Sequence record: PQ433349.1
Origin: Escherichia phage vB_Ec-G1
DNA length: 64,000 nt
Direction: 5' to 3' (one strand)
Shown piece after piece: positions 1 to 9,108 of the stretch (its first letter is position 1; each line of letters opens with the position of its first letter). The notes under the pieces were generated by a model. That model was not told where the DNA came from and ran no database searches. It saw nothing but the letters and a program-made list of their open reading frames with translations. Made by a program: the position numbers and the translations under genes.

Positions 1-323
1 TAAACATAAAGCAAATGGTTAGCCTTATCATCTTCCAAATATTTCCCGTCTGCATACGCATAGTCTGCATATGCTTTACCTGCATCTTCTACAAGAGAAC
101 GATCAAGCAGGGTAGGAAATGGTTTCTCTTTTTCTTTTAGTTTGCTCACCAACCAATGTGCAATATCATTCCATTCTGCATCCATACCACTAAAGCAACT
201 TGCTTCTTCTCCAAAAGAAGCTTCTCCTAAATCGCCACTAATACGAACAACATTAGATGAATTATAGCCACACGTTTCACAATCAGAGTAACTATTATGC
301 ACATTGATATTTACTTGAAACAT
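1..323 (-). CDS. hypothetical protein, partial (3' end runs off window start)
   Basis: Minus-strand open frame from ATG at 323-321 preceded by AGGAGGG; continues to position 1. Confidence 0.45.
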   Translation of the reverse strand, partial: MFQVNINVHNSYSDCETCGYNSSNVVRISGDLGEASFGEEASCFSGMDAEWNDIAHWLVSKLKEKEKPFPTLLDRSLVEDAGKAYADYAYADGKYLEDDKANHLLYV

Positions 324-339
324 ATTCCCTCCTATAAAA

Positions 340-368
340 GAAAAGCCCCCTGAAACAGGAGGCTTTGT
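340..368 (-). terminator. rho-independent terminator (minus strand)
   Basis: On minus strand AGCCTCCTG-ttt-CAGGGGGCT hairpin followed by TTTTCTTTTAT. Confidence 0.6.
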
Positions 369-381
369 TCAGATGTTGGCA

Positions 382-1035
382 CTATACCAGACTTTGTAGG
401 TATTTGTCAAGGGCTTCTTGATCACCTTGGCAAACATAGCAACGGAAGTCTTGAGCCGAAGGTTGTTTATTTTCATCCCAATCCCAATAAACGTTACCTT
501 TATAACGTGAACCAGGGAACTCAAAAGAGGCTGTATGTGTAATGTACCCTGGGCCACCAGTGAAATCACAGAATGAAAATTGAGGGTATGCCGCCTTTAC
601 TGCCTCAATAAACCAAGCTTTACGATCTAAGGCTTCATTGATGCTATATGCATGTCTCTCCATTTCTTCCCAAGTTTTCCAGACACTTCTCTCATCAGGG
701 GAAAAGACAAGCCATTCTGGAAGGTAGAGAGTGTCATAGTAATCATCATATTCGATCTCGGAGGCGCACGAAGCTGACTCTTCCAGTTTTGAGTAATCAA
801 AAGCAGAATATACCCACCAACCATCTTCCAGTAAAGCTTTGATAGGGACGAAGCCTTTATCAGCATATTGATCGAATTGTTTGACACGGTGGCTTGTGCA
901 GTCTTCAAACTCACATTCTAAACGATATGCACCTTTTCGACGAGCCTCAAGACCGTGTGTACTGAAAATAACAACACTTCCTTCACCATCATTACGATCT
1001 ACTTGATAAGCAACTACTGGTTTTGAATTTGACAT
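382..1035 (-). CDS. hypothetical protein (217 aa)
   Basis: Long minus ORF in operon context; no recognisable motifs. Confidence 0.55.
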   Translation of the reverse strand: MSNSKPVVAYQVDRNDGEGSVVIFSTHGLEARRKGAYRLECEFEDCTSHRVKQFDQYADKGFVPIKALLEDGWWVYSAFDYSKLEESASCASEIEYDDYYDTLYLPEWLVFSPDERSVWKTWEEMERHAYSINEALDRKAWFIEAVKAAYPQFSFCDFTGGPGYITHTASFEFPGSRYKGNVYWDWDENKQPSAQDFRCYVCQGDQEALDKYLQSLV

Positions 1036-1718
1036 TATTTCTCCTTATCTAGAAGATTGTTAGACAAAAACACTGCACGAGCAAAACCGCGTGCGGTTAG
1101 TGATCTAAGTTGTTTTGTTTTTGCACTAGCTCCGCCTAAGCTTTTCCAACCCCAGAAGCAGCCTATATGATCTACTGGTTTCTTCACTGGTTGAACAAAG
1201 CCATTCCCGTGCCAAATACAAGTTTTCTTTGTATACCCATCACGGGTAGGCATTTTAGGATGAAAGCTTCCTTCCTCTTCAAACAAATACCCACCATACT
1301 CATAAGGATCAAAGTAAAAATCGGGTTTACGCCATAAGGTTGAAAGTTTACCTACTGGGTTCTCAATCATCCAAGGAACATTGTATTTGTTACCCAAAGC
1401 TTCCACTACACGAATATTAGCTAAAGCTTCATCTAATTCCTCTGTGCTGCGTTCGTGTTTGCTACCACTACCTGCTAACATAGTGCAAGGTGGAAATCCA
1501 AAAATAATATCGGGTTTAGGTATTCCATGATCTTCAGGGTTGAATGTAGAATCTATCCAAGCATTCACATAGGTTATGTTTGGGTGCTCCATCCTAACCT
1601 CGTATTTACCGTGGTCCCCTTCATCAGCGTTTACACAAAAACACTTGTGACCTGCTTCGGCATAACGTAACACCATGATCCCAGATCCGTCAAACATAGA
1701 CAAAACTGTTTTACTCAT
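1035..1718 (-). CDS. C5-cytosine methyltransferase-like SAM-dependent enzyme (short, no obvious target-recognition domain)
   Basis: Motif I-like FDGSGI, motif IV-like GFPPCT (PCQ-like), motif VI-like ENPV; start refined to ATG 1718 with GGAGGGG SD. Confidence 0.5.
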   Translation of the reverse strand: MSKTVLSMFDGSGIMVLRYAEAGHKCFCVNADEGDHGKYEVRMEHPNITYVNAWIDSTFNPEDHGIPKPDIIFGFPPCTMLAGSGSKHERSTEELDEALANIRVVEALGNKYNVPWMIENPVGKLSTLWRKPDFYFDPYEYGGYLFEEEGSFHPKMPTRDGYTKKTCIWHGNGFVQPVKKPVDHIGCFWGWKSLGGASAKTKQLRSLTARGFARAVFLSNNLLDKEK

Positions 1719-2106
1719 TACCCCTCCATTCAAGACAAGCCATAACTTTACGCCAATCACTTTCTGTAAGAAAAATCTCGTTTGCTTTCTTCCACAAATC
1801 TAGATCGTGAAGGGTTGGAATACGATATGTTAGTTCACAGAATCTATGTTCTTCTTCTGTAATATAACCAAAATGCAGAGCCACATCGTGAAACCAACAC
1901 CAACCATGCATCTCTCGAACAACATGGTCATGTTGAGACATTATTTTATGCCGTAAACCTAACCAACAAGGAACAGATACTTCAGTAGTCTTTAATCTGT
2001 GATCAACAGTATTAGAGTATTCAATAATAGCTGTCAGTTTCAATCGTGCTTTTTCTAAATCCTCATGCGTCACTTTGAAATAACTTTCTGAAAGATATCC
2101 ACACAT
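1711..2106 (-). CDS. hypothetical protein, His-rich (possible HD-like)
   Basis: ORF with AGGAGG SD before ATG 2106; H/D-rich segment QHDHVV..HGWCWFHD. Confidence 0.45.
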   Translation of the reverse strand: MCGYLSESYFKVTHEDLEKARLKLTAIIEYSNTVDHRLKTTEVSVPCWLGLRHKIMSQHDHVVREMHGWCWFHDVALHFGYITEEEHRFCELTYRIPTLHDLDLWKKANEIFLTESDWRKVMACLEWRGNE

Positions 2107-2107
2107 A

Positions 2108-3049
2108 TTAATAACCTCCTTCAAAAGGCTTTACTACATGTTGATTAGCTTTAAAACGTTCAACATAGTCGTTTTCGCCCATGTTTTCATATAGCTTAAT
2201 AACAACATAAAAGTTTTCCCAAGCATATTCCCTAAACCAACCACTAGTGATGGATGTGCAGACTTTAGATAAAGCCATTATAAAACTTTGCTTAGGGGTT
2301 GGACCTCCGATCTCTCCACCGAAAGGAATTTGTGAACGTTCCAAAGCCAAAACACACGCTTCTTCATAAACACCTAACAGGCGCACATGTTTTGGTTGAG
2401 CAAAAAACTTTTCTTTGCTGGTCATAACTTCACTTCCATCTTTCATATAAGATTTATATGCCGGAGCATCCATTACCGCGATTGCTTCATGGATAGAATC
2501 ATGATCATAAACATACGGAACCTCATCACCTTTAAAAAAGTCTTTACTTTTTACGTTTAAGTTCGGATGAGAGTAAGTGTATGTTTCTTTCTCACGCAAC
2601 TCATAAATACTCTTAAGATTTTCTGGGATCTTTGCGCCCAGTGACCGCATGAAATGAATATCTTTCATAGTTTTAAAGAAGTGAGGACTATCCTTTTTAA
2701 AACGATGACTCATTTTAAGAAGGTAGAGCACATCTAAAGGAGCAACAACATGTCCAGCGTAAGTTCGACGAACATCATCAGAATCTTCACAATAACTAAT
2801 CAAAGCTTCTGTGCTATCTCCTTGAGAAGCAATATCGTATTCCAAATGTGCACCAGCTATCATTTTGACATGGCCTTTGTTTCCTTTACGTTCTACAAGT
2901 TCAACAAACTCCTCTTGAGAGAACATTTTTGATAATTCTTCCCACTCTTGTTCTGTACACAGGTAATCTAAATCTACACAAGGGCGATACAAGTCTTTTC
3001 CCATGTCCATAGCATGAATTTGCAATGCACGGCTACCAATTAACACCAT
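2108..3049 (-). CDS. hypothetical protein; possible Pol-beta-superfamily nucleotidyltransferase
   Basis: 313-aa ORF, GAGGAG SD; N-terminal GS...DLD pattern weakly resembling nucleotidyltransferase signature. Confidence 0.5.
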   Translation of the reverse strand: MVLIGSRALQIHAMDMGKDLYRPCVDLDYLCTEQEWEELSKMFSQEEFVELVERKGNKGHVKMIAGAHLEYDIASQGDSTEALISYCEDSDDVRRTYAGHVVAPLDVLYLLKMSHRFKKDSPHFFKTMKDIHFMRSLGAKIPENLKSIYELREKETYTYSHPNLNVKSKDFFKGDEVPYVYDHDSIHEAIAVMDAPAYKSYMKDGSEVMTSKEKFFAQPKHVRLLGVYEEACVLALERSQIPFGGEIGGPTPKQSFIMALSKVCTSITSGWFREYAWENFYVVIKLYENMGENDYVERFKANQHVVKPFEGGY

Positions 3050-3107
3050 AATATTTCTCCTCTATTGGTTGATAGGTTAAGTTTATCAAGCTTCCAGATT
3101 TCTGTCA

Positions 3108-3131
3108 ATAAAAAACCCGCCGAAGCGGGTT
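3108..3131 (-). terminator. rho-independent terminator (minus strand, UUCG tetraloop)
   Basis: On minus strand CCCGC-ttcg-GCGGG followed by TTTTTT; -35 TTGACA of next promoter directly after. Confidence 0.7.
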
Positions 3132-3139
3132 ATTATTTA

Positions 3140-3412
3140 CTAACACATTGAGGAAGAAGAGATCCAAACACCTCTTGTGGTTAAACCATTTTCATCCAAC
3201 TCTACACCATAATCTTCACAAATGAAATCAATATAGTGATCTGCGGCTGGCGTTCCTGTAGGGTAATAAGTTTCTCCGTTACCGTAGTCACCTATCCAAG
3301 CTTGTTCCTGAAACTGTTCACAAAGTTCTTCGATTTCCTTACGAAACTTTCTTTGTGCTTGTTCCATCTCTTTAACTTTCTTTTTTATCAGCAGTTCGCC
3401 TTCAGACTCCAC
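3140..3412 (-). CDS. small acidic protein, W-x-SSS-C tail family member
   Basis: 90-aa ORF ending ...GVWISSSSMC; followed by UUCG-hairpin terminator. Confidence 0.5.
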   Translation of the reverse strand: MESEGELLIKKKVKEMEQAQRKFRKEIEELCEQFQEQAWIGDYGNGETYYPTGTPAADHYIDFICEDYGVELDENGLTTRGVWISSSSMC

Positions 3413-3421
3413 AATCTCTCC

Positions 3422-3682
3422 TTAACAGCTACTACTGTGCCAAACGCCTTGAGAATTAACGACGAAACCATCATCACCTTCACCATAACAAGAAGAGGAT
3501 TGCCAATCTTCAAAACAGATTGCGTTATCTTCTAAACTAAGACCAAAACCAGCATCTTCAGCTTCTTTTGTAAGTTCGTCCACTAAAGCCATAATAGCTT
3601 GGGCTTTTTCAGTTAATTCTTCAACATTACGATCACTCATTAGTATTTCTCCTCCGGTTGGAAAACTGAACGACAAGCCCAC
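3422..3682 (-). CDS. small acidic protein, W-x-SSS-C tail family member (motif present twice)
   Basis: Ends ...WQSSSC...GVWHSSSC; alternative start at 3640 possible. Confidence 0.5.
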   Translation of the reverse strand: MGLSFSFPTGGEILMSDRNVEELTEKAQAIMALVDELTKEAEDAGFGLSLEDNAICFEDWQSSSCYGEGDDGFVVNSQGVWHSSSC

Positions 3683-3954
3683 ATACTAGCTTCTTTTAAA
3701 TGTTTAATAGCACAACGGATTTGATCAATACGCTCGTATGCAACATCTAATTCTTTTTCTGTGCCGTCAAAAGACCCATGATATGCTTCACAATACTCTT
3801 CCTCTAAAGCTTTGAAGATTAAACCTAAACGCTCTTCTGCATCTTTAATAGCGTTAACCTTGCCAATCTTATCGTCAGTATGCGCCTTATAACCTTTGAT
3901 ATCTTCGATTCCCACTTTACCTCCTATTAACAACTTAAAGAAGATGGATGCCAA
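3640..3954 (-). CDS. hypothetical protein (104 aa)
   Basis: Minus ORF in tandem small-gene array. Confidence 0.45.
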   Translation of the reverse strand: MASIFFKLLIGGKVGIEDIKGYKAHTDDKIGKVNAIKDAEERLGLIFKALEEEYCEAYHGSFDGTEKELDVAYERIDQIRCAIKHLKEASMWACRSVFQPEEKY

Positions 3955-4124
3955 TTTGTTCCAGTATTCTCATTTTCATCTTCTGGATCATAATAGCCAC
4001 CCATCCCATATTCAGGGGAGAAACGGAAACCTTTACCAGTCTCATCTGCTAACTGCTCTGCTTCCGCTAAAGCCTCATAAGCTGCTTTTACGGCTTCTTC
4101 TACTGTTTTAAACTTGGTCGTCAT
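3927..4124 (-). CDS. small acidic protein, W-x-SSS-C tail family member
   Basis: 65-aa ORF ending ...NWHPSSLSC. Confidence 0.45.
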   Translation of the reverse strand: MTTKFKTVEEAVKAAYEALAEAEQLADETGKGFRFSPEYGMGGYYDPEDENENTGTNWHPSSLSC

Positions 4125-4398
4125 AAAATTTCTCCTCTCCTAAAGACATGTTGACATGAAATGCACGATATGTAAATTCGTTGTCCGTTGTGTTTGAATA
4201 AAACTCAAATTGAACAACACCGTCTTGAGAAGACAGATACATGCCAATTTGAACTGTTCCTTCTGGTACCAGGTAAGCATACTCTGGACGTAGTGTTACA
4301 TTGTAAAAATAAAGTTCCCCAACACCCATTTCATCCCAAGCTTCCCAAGCGGTAACGAAGTTACTTTCAAAACTTGTTACTGATCTGAACTCTGCCAT
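4108..4398 (-). CDS. hypothetical protein (96 aa)
   Basis: Minus ORF, operon context. Confidence 0.45.
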   Translation of the reverse strand: MAEFRSVTSFESNFVTAWEAWDEMGVGELYFYNVTLRPEYAYLVPEGTVQIGMYLSSQDGVVQFEFYSNTTDNEFTYRAFHVNMSLGEEKFYDDQV

Positions 4399-4889
4399 AA
4401 AACCTCCTCAATCTTGTAGTTTGACTCCATCTCCAACACATTTCCACGAACGTCTCTCCGAAGAAAGGCATAAGCTTTATTAGGTATTGTAGACTCATAT
4501 TTAACCATATCTGGCACAGCAAAAGATACTACTACTCCTGCTGGGCTTCTGTCAAGAGCCTTATTAATATTTCTAAGGATATCGTTAGCCAAGATTTCTG
4601 CCAATTCTCCAAGAACGGTTTCGGTTATATCTTTATATCCCATTAAGTATTTGTTGATATCTTTCATCTCTGTATTGTTCAGAGTATAATCCAAAGGATA
4701 GAAATTCAAAGCGGAGTCACTTTTATGTGTCCACATGAAATGCACCCGATCCGAGCAGAATCGTAACCCTCTTTGAAGAATATCTTCTACAACAGGCAGA
4801 ATTTCTTTTGTCACATCATTAACCATGTTGTAATCTAAGATTTCTGCCAAGTTTGTTCTTTGTTCACCACGTTTACGTTTAGGAATCAC
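4377..4889 (-). CDS. hypothetical protein (170 aa)
   Basis: Minus ORF, operon context. Confidence 0.5.
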   Translation of the reverse strand: MIPKRKRGEQRTNLAEILDYNMVNDVTKEILPVVEDILQRGLRFCSDRVHFMWTHKSDSALNFYPLDYTLNNTEMKDINKYLMGYKDITETVLGELAEILANDILRNINKALDRSPAGVVVSFAVPDMVKYESTIPNKAYAFLRRDVRGNVLEMESNYKIEEVLWQSSDQ

Positions 4890-5460
4890 TTGTTATTGCC
4901 CTCATTACCAAAGGTCGTAGAAAATCGTAAATCTCTTGTTTTGTTTTCCCACGAATGTTTAAACAAGGAACATTATTGGCTTTAGCTATCTTCCAAGCCG
5001 TAGCTGTTCCACCTTTTGCATCTCCATGTTTATCAGTATTAGCACAAGCCAACAAGAAACATGATGGAGCAGGATTCTCCAAATCTCTACCTAACACTTG
5101 ATGCACATTACGTTGGTGCAATTTTCTAGCACCCTGCTTAAGCTTTTCATAGGCTGGGTGAACATCTTTGATCCATTGCACAGAGATAGCATAGTTCATT
5201 GTATCTGGTTTTGCAAGAACAATAACATCCCCTGGAATCTGATTACCTTTGAAATTTTCCCAAGGAACATAAATCTCCTTGTTAGTAGGATTTTCAGACT
5301 CTTGGACACCTGTTTCAAAAGCAGAATCACTACCCTCTGCCTTCCCAGACCTTAATTTAAACCCAAGGTTTGAAAGCCATTTCCCTATGCCTACCATCAA
5401 AGCCCACTCTTCTTCGGATATGTCTCTACTTCCAACTCCCGTATAGAACAGTTCTACCAT
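4879..5460 (-). CDS. DprA/Smf-like (SLOG) Rossmann-fold nucleotide-binding protein
   Basis: YTGVGSRDI...SGKAEGSDSAFE pattern typical of DprA/LOG-like Rossmann domain; start refined to ATG 5460 (GAGGTGA SD). Confidence 0.5.
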   Translation of the reverse strand: MVELFYTGVGSRDISEEEWALMVGIGKWLSNLGFKLRSGKAEGSDSAFETGVQESENPTNKEIYVPWENFKGNQIPGDVIVLAKPDTMNYAISVQWIKDVHPAYEKLKQGARKLHQRNVHQVLGRDLENPAPSCFLLACANTDKHGDAKGGTATAWKIAKANNVPCLNIRGKTKQEIYDFLRPLVMRAITSDS

Positions 5461-5467
5461 AATCACC

Positions 5468-5776
5468 TCAACAAGTAATTTCAAAAGGTGTATACGGTTC
5501 CGTATTTCTCATGATCCAAGGACTGCTAGGATTGCTCGGATCATAAGGACCAAAAGGTTTTATGGTCGGTTGTGTTTCTTTCTTCTGAATCTCTTCAAAA
5601 ATACGACGAAGTTCAGAATATTCTTGATCCACCATAAGATTCGGTGCATCTGATTCTACAGCTTGCAGGTTATCTTCCTTAAGAACAATCTCACGAACAA
5701 GATTAACATCTTCTGTTTCTAAGATAACTTCTTTACGGATATTACCTACACTTTGAATAATTGTAATCTTATACAT
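5468..5776 (-). CDS. hypothetical protein (102 aa)
   Basis: Minus ORF. Confidence 0.45.
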   Translation of the reverse strand: MYKITIIQSVGNIRKEVILETEDVNLVREIVLKEDNLQAVESDAPNLMVDQEYSELRRIFEEIQKKETQPTIKPFGPYDPSNPSSPWIMRNTEPYTPFEITC

Positions 5777-6519
5777 TAATCCTCCTCAAGAGTTGAATAA
5801 AATTGAAGACCACCGTCCATATCGAAATAAGCAAATGTTAAGTTATTATTGAACACAGATCCAGTATCCATATAAACACGATTCGCATTGATAATAGGTG
5901 TTTTTACATAAGAGTGTCCATGAAACACATAATCCACACCCATCACAACAGGAAGTTTCATTCCCTCTTTAGCACAGTCTACCATATCTCTGTCCCACAT
6001 AAGTGCTTCAGCAAAACGGTTTTCCTGTGTTTTTGTCATCTTCGAAATGTATTCTGGAATATCTGTTACAGGGAGATATTCCAAAGAAGATGGATACCCA
6101 CCATGAATAAACGCAAGTTTCATGCCTCTGTAGTTAACAATGAGAACAACAGGTAAATCTTCTGTCATCATTGCTAAGGCTGTAGCTCCTTCTTCACCAC
6201 ATTCTTCAAAGACCGTATATCCTCCATTTTGATACCAACACTCGTAGTAGCTACGATCTCCTTCCAGCATACCTTTAATCATCATGTCTTCATGATTGCC
6301 ACGAATAGCGTAGCGATTGTGTTTACGAGTAAATTCTAAAACACAACGAAAGTTTTGCTTTCCACGGTCAGTAAGATCTCCTAGAGATACAACCACATCT
6401 GTATCTCGGATACCTAACTTTGCCTTTCCTTTTTCATACAAATTATAACAACCGTGTAGATCTCCAATTATAAAAAGATCTTGATCGCTTTTAACAGTAA
6501 TTTCTCTGTGTATGATCAC
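5776..6519 (-). CDS. Ser/Thr protein phosphatase (calcineurin-like metallophosphoesterase, PP-lambda type)
   Basis: GDLHG, GDLTDRG, GNHE metallophosphatase motifs in order. Confidence 0.85.
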   Translation of the reverse strand: MIIHREITVKSDQDLFIIGDLHGCYNLYEKGKAKLGIRDTDVVVSLGDLTDRGKQNFRCVLEFTRKHNRYAIRGNHEDMMIKGMLEGDRSYYECWYQNGGYTVFEECGEEGATALAMMTEDLPVVLIVNYRGMKLAFIHGGYPSSLEYLPVTDIPEYISKMTKTQENRFAEALMWDRDMVDCAKEGMKLPVVMGVDYVFHGHSYVKTPIINANRVYMDTGSVFNNNLTFAYFDMDGGLQFYSTLEED

Positions 6520-6845
6520 TTATCCTCCTCAAAATCTAAGAAAATAAAAATATTCACCTTTCCTTCAATCTCTTGTTCTAAAACAAGATCGGCAAATTCT
6601 GCATAAGCTTTCTCTTCAACTTTTTCAATATGTTCTGCGGCATCTTTAAAAGGCGTATCCCCATCCACCTTTACTAATAAGAAAAGAGATCGCATTTCGA
6701 CGTTTTTACTGTTACGAGGAAGGAAATCTACAGCTTCAACAATTCTCCAACCCAAATAGCCAGGGGTTTTATGAATCTCCCCTAAATACTTTTCTAAGAT
6801 TTTACGACCCTCGTCGATAAGGGCTTGTTCTGTAGTAATTTCCAT
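6516..6845 (-). CDS. hypothetical protein (109 aa)
   Basis: Minus ORF, start overlaps upstream stop. Confidence 0.5.
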   Translation of the reverse strand: MEITTEQALIDEGRKILEKYLGEIHKTPGYLGWRIVEAVDFLPRNSKNVEMRSLFLLVKVDGDTPFKDAAEHIEKVEEKAYAEFADLVLEQEIEGKVNIFIFLDFEEDK

Positions 6846-6855
6846 TCCTTCCTCC

Positions 6856-7446
6856 TCAAATTATTAACGAAACCGCATGACTAAATCTTGGTTCAGATAT
6901 AACCTCTGCTACAGTCACATATGTATCGTGCAGCCAAAAAGATTCTACTCTACAAACACAAATACCGTTGATAATGAAATCTACACAGGCTTTATTATTT
7001 TCGCACACTTGTTGACTATAAACAACCCCTAAAGAGTCATAAAGTGATCTAACTGTTGCTACCATTTCATCTGTTTCATCTTCGTGCGAAACAAAGAAAA
7101 CGAATACAGACAAGTTGTTAGCGAAAGTACTGCTATTCTCTACTTCAACCGACTTACAAGGTAAAAAGGAGTAATATTTACCGTTAGGTATCAATTTCGC
7201 CTCAACCTGGTTAAGTATGCTTTGAGATGGTTTTGTTACATAAAAAAGATTTTCTGTTGGGTTTTCAACATTACTCCTTACTATGCAACGAGTGGGGTTC
7301 GAAGGATCAAAAACATGATCGAAATCGACACACACAGGTAAGTTAACAACTTTAAACTTTTTGCTAAGAATGCTTACTGCGGTAAAAATCAAACCAGCGT
7401 TTATTTTGCCAGTGAAAGTTGAACGCATAACTACTCCTCGGATCAT
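6856..7446 (-). CDS. hypothetical protein (196 aa)
   Basis: Minus ORF. Confidence 0.5.
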   Translation of the reverse strand: MIRGVVMRSTFTGKINAGLIFTAVSILSKKFKVVNLPVCVDFDHVFDPSNPTRCIVRSNVENPTENLFYVTKPSQSILNQVEAKLIPNGKYYSFLPCKSVEVENSSTFANNLSVFVFFVSHEDETDEMVATVRSLYDSLGVVYSQQVCENNKACVDFIINGICVCRVESFWLHDTYVTVAEVISEPRFSHAVSLII

Positions 7447-7637
7447 TCTACCAAAGAGAATTCCGCCTCTTCCAGGTAGATTACAGATCTTGTTGCATGG
7501 TATTTAACGCTCCAGAAATTACCTTCGCGCCGTAAAAGTATCTCATTCACATCAAGATTGCTTAGAAAAACCATATAACTTAAAGCTTGTTGACGCGTTG
7601 AGAATTGTTTCTCTAAAAGTTCTTCTCCGCTCTGCAT
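7443..7637 (-). CDS. hypothetical protein (64 aa)
   Basis: Small minus ORF, stop/start overlap with neighbour. Confidence 0.4.
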   Translation of the reverse strand: MQSGEELLEKQFSTRQQALSYMVFLSNLDVNEILLRREGNFWSVKYHATRSVIYLEEAEFSLVE

Positions 7638-7683
7638 AATCCCTCCTTAAAAATACTCCCTCCGAGAAGGGAGTATAAGTATA

Positions 7684-7887
7684 TCACGTAGTTGTTATGT
7701 TGCCTTCTTGGATACTAGAATCCACTTCTGCAAACATATCTTCTGCACTGTAATTATTTCCAGTCCAGCGTGATAAAAGGATAGCACCAATCTCTTTTGC
7801 ATGAGATTCAGACTCCGCATAAACGTTAGTCCCAGTGTCACCTTTCTTCTTTTCATGTGCATAAATGCAGTAATAATTGTAAGCCAT
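7684..7887 (-). CDS. hypothetical protein (67 aa)
   Basis: Small minus ORF. Confidence 0.4.
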   Translation of the reverse strand: MAYNYYCIYAHEKKKGDTGTNVYAESESHAKEIGAILLSRWTGNNYSAEDMFAEVDSSIQEGNITTT

Positions 7888-8123
7888 TAGTCTTCCCAGT
7901 CATTGTCCTCGGTAGAGTGAACCAAAGCTCGCACGATACCACCGTAATCTACTGCCTGATTTGCAGCATGTTCGGCATAAACTTCAATGGCTTTTTTGAA
8001 GAAAAGAGCAGTAGCTGCTTCAATATTATCCATTTCGCCATCTACGTCAGTAGAAAGTGAAAGGTTGAGGCTTTCATCTACTTCATCAAAATCAATAGCC
8101 ACTGTCATAATTAGTTTACCCAT
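7887..8123 (-). CDS. hypothetical acidic protein (78 aa)
   Basis: Small minus ORF, acidic. Confidence 0.4.
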   Translation of the reverse strand: MGKLIMTVAIDFDEVDESLNLSLSTDVDGEMDNIEAATALFFKKAIEVYAEHAANQAVDYGGIVRALVHSTEDNDWED

Positions 8124-8135
8124 AGTTCACACTCC

Positions 8136-8645
8136 TTAAACAAAATAAAATGGTTGAGAGAGGCCCAAACGATTTTTTGGGTCGTATACATACCAAGCGT
8201 ATGCTGTCTTATCTGTTCCACCTGCAACAAACGAAGGCCGTTCTGAAAGGACTATAAGGTTTGTTGGTGGATTCTTTTGATGGAACTCTCGTCGTTTCTT
8301 TGACTCCAAGAAGCCCAACCGAAGAAGATAAATACAAACATCCGCCTCTTTTAAGCTCTTTTCCAAGAACTCCATTGCTAACTTGAATGGAGGATTTGTG
8401 ATTATAATGTCGGGACGATTTTCCCATTCATGACTAAAATAATCTTTACCTTCTTCAAGTTCACAATATTCTGAACCTTCAGGAAAATGGCGATAAATCG
8501 CTTCAGCTTCACCTCTACAAGGTTCTGCAAAAATCCAACCTTCTTCCTTTAGATTTTTGAAATCTATAACACTAAACAAACTGTTGATTGCTTTTTGCGG
8601 TGTCGGATAATAATCGCTCGTTGGGCGATCATAATCTAATGCCAT
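8136..8645 (-). CDS. small DNA N6-adenine (or N4-cytosine) methyltransferase-like protein
   Basis: IITNPPF catalytic motif (NPPF/DPPY class) and upstream DYYPTP. Confidence 0.55.
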   Translation of the reverse strand: MALDYDRPTSDYYPTPQKAINSLFSVIDFKNLKEEGWIFAEPCRGEAEAIYRHFPEGSEYCELEEGKDYFSHEWENRPDIIITNPPFKLAMEFLEKSLKEADVCIYLLRLGFLESKKRREFHQKNPPTNLIVLSERPSFVAGGTDKTAYAWYVYDPKNRLGLSQPFYFV

Positions 8646-9063
8646 CTAAAATCTCCTCTTTTGTAATATTATCCAACTCTTTAAAGGATGAAATCTCGTT
8701 TAATAATCCTATTTGATCAGCCTCTAGAGGATAAGTGTTTTTATCTGTTTTTCTAGACAGAATATCTTCAACAAACTTATCAATAGCCAAAGAAGAATCA
8801 TAAAATTTTAAAAGTTGGTAATCCATAGGAGATATTTTGTCATCTCTTAGAAATATTTCTAACATGTTTTCAGGAGTATCGTGGTTTAGTTTATGTTCAC
8901 CAAAAATATTAACTTCGTAAACATCTTTGCCAAACCAACGTTTTTTCTTTTCAACAGTATAGGTTTTTGCCACCAGACCATCTAAACAGTTTCTTGCCCT
9001 CTTACATGTTTGACGGTAAGAGTGGATAGCGCCTTCAACAAACTTAGCAGGAACTTGTAACAT
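8629..9063 (-). CDS. hypothetical protein (144 aa)
   Basis: Minus ORF. Confidence 0.5.
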   Translation of the reverse strand: MLQVPAKFVEGAIHSYRQTCKRARNCLDGLVAKTYTVEKKKRWFGKDVYEVNIFGEHKLNHDTPENMLEIFLRDDKISPMDYQLLKFYDSSLAIDKFVEDILSRKTDKNTYPLEADQIGLLNEISSFKELDNITKEEILDGIRL

Positions 9064-9108
9064 TATTAATCTCCTATGTTTAAGAAATGCCCCCGAAGGG
9101 GCAGTTTG

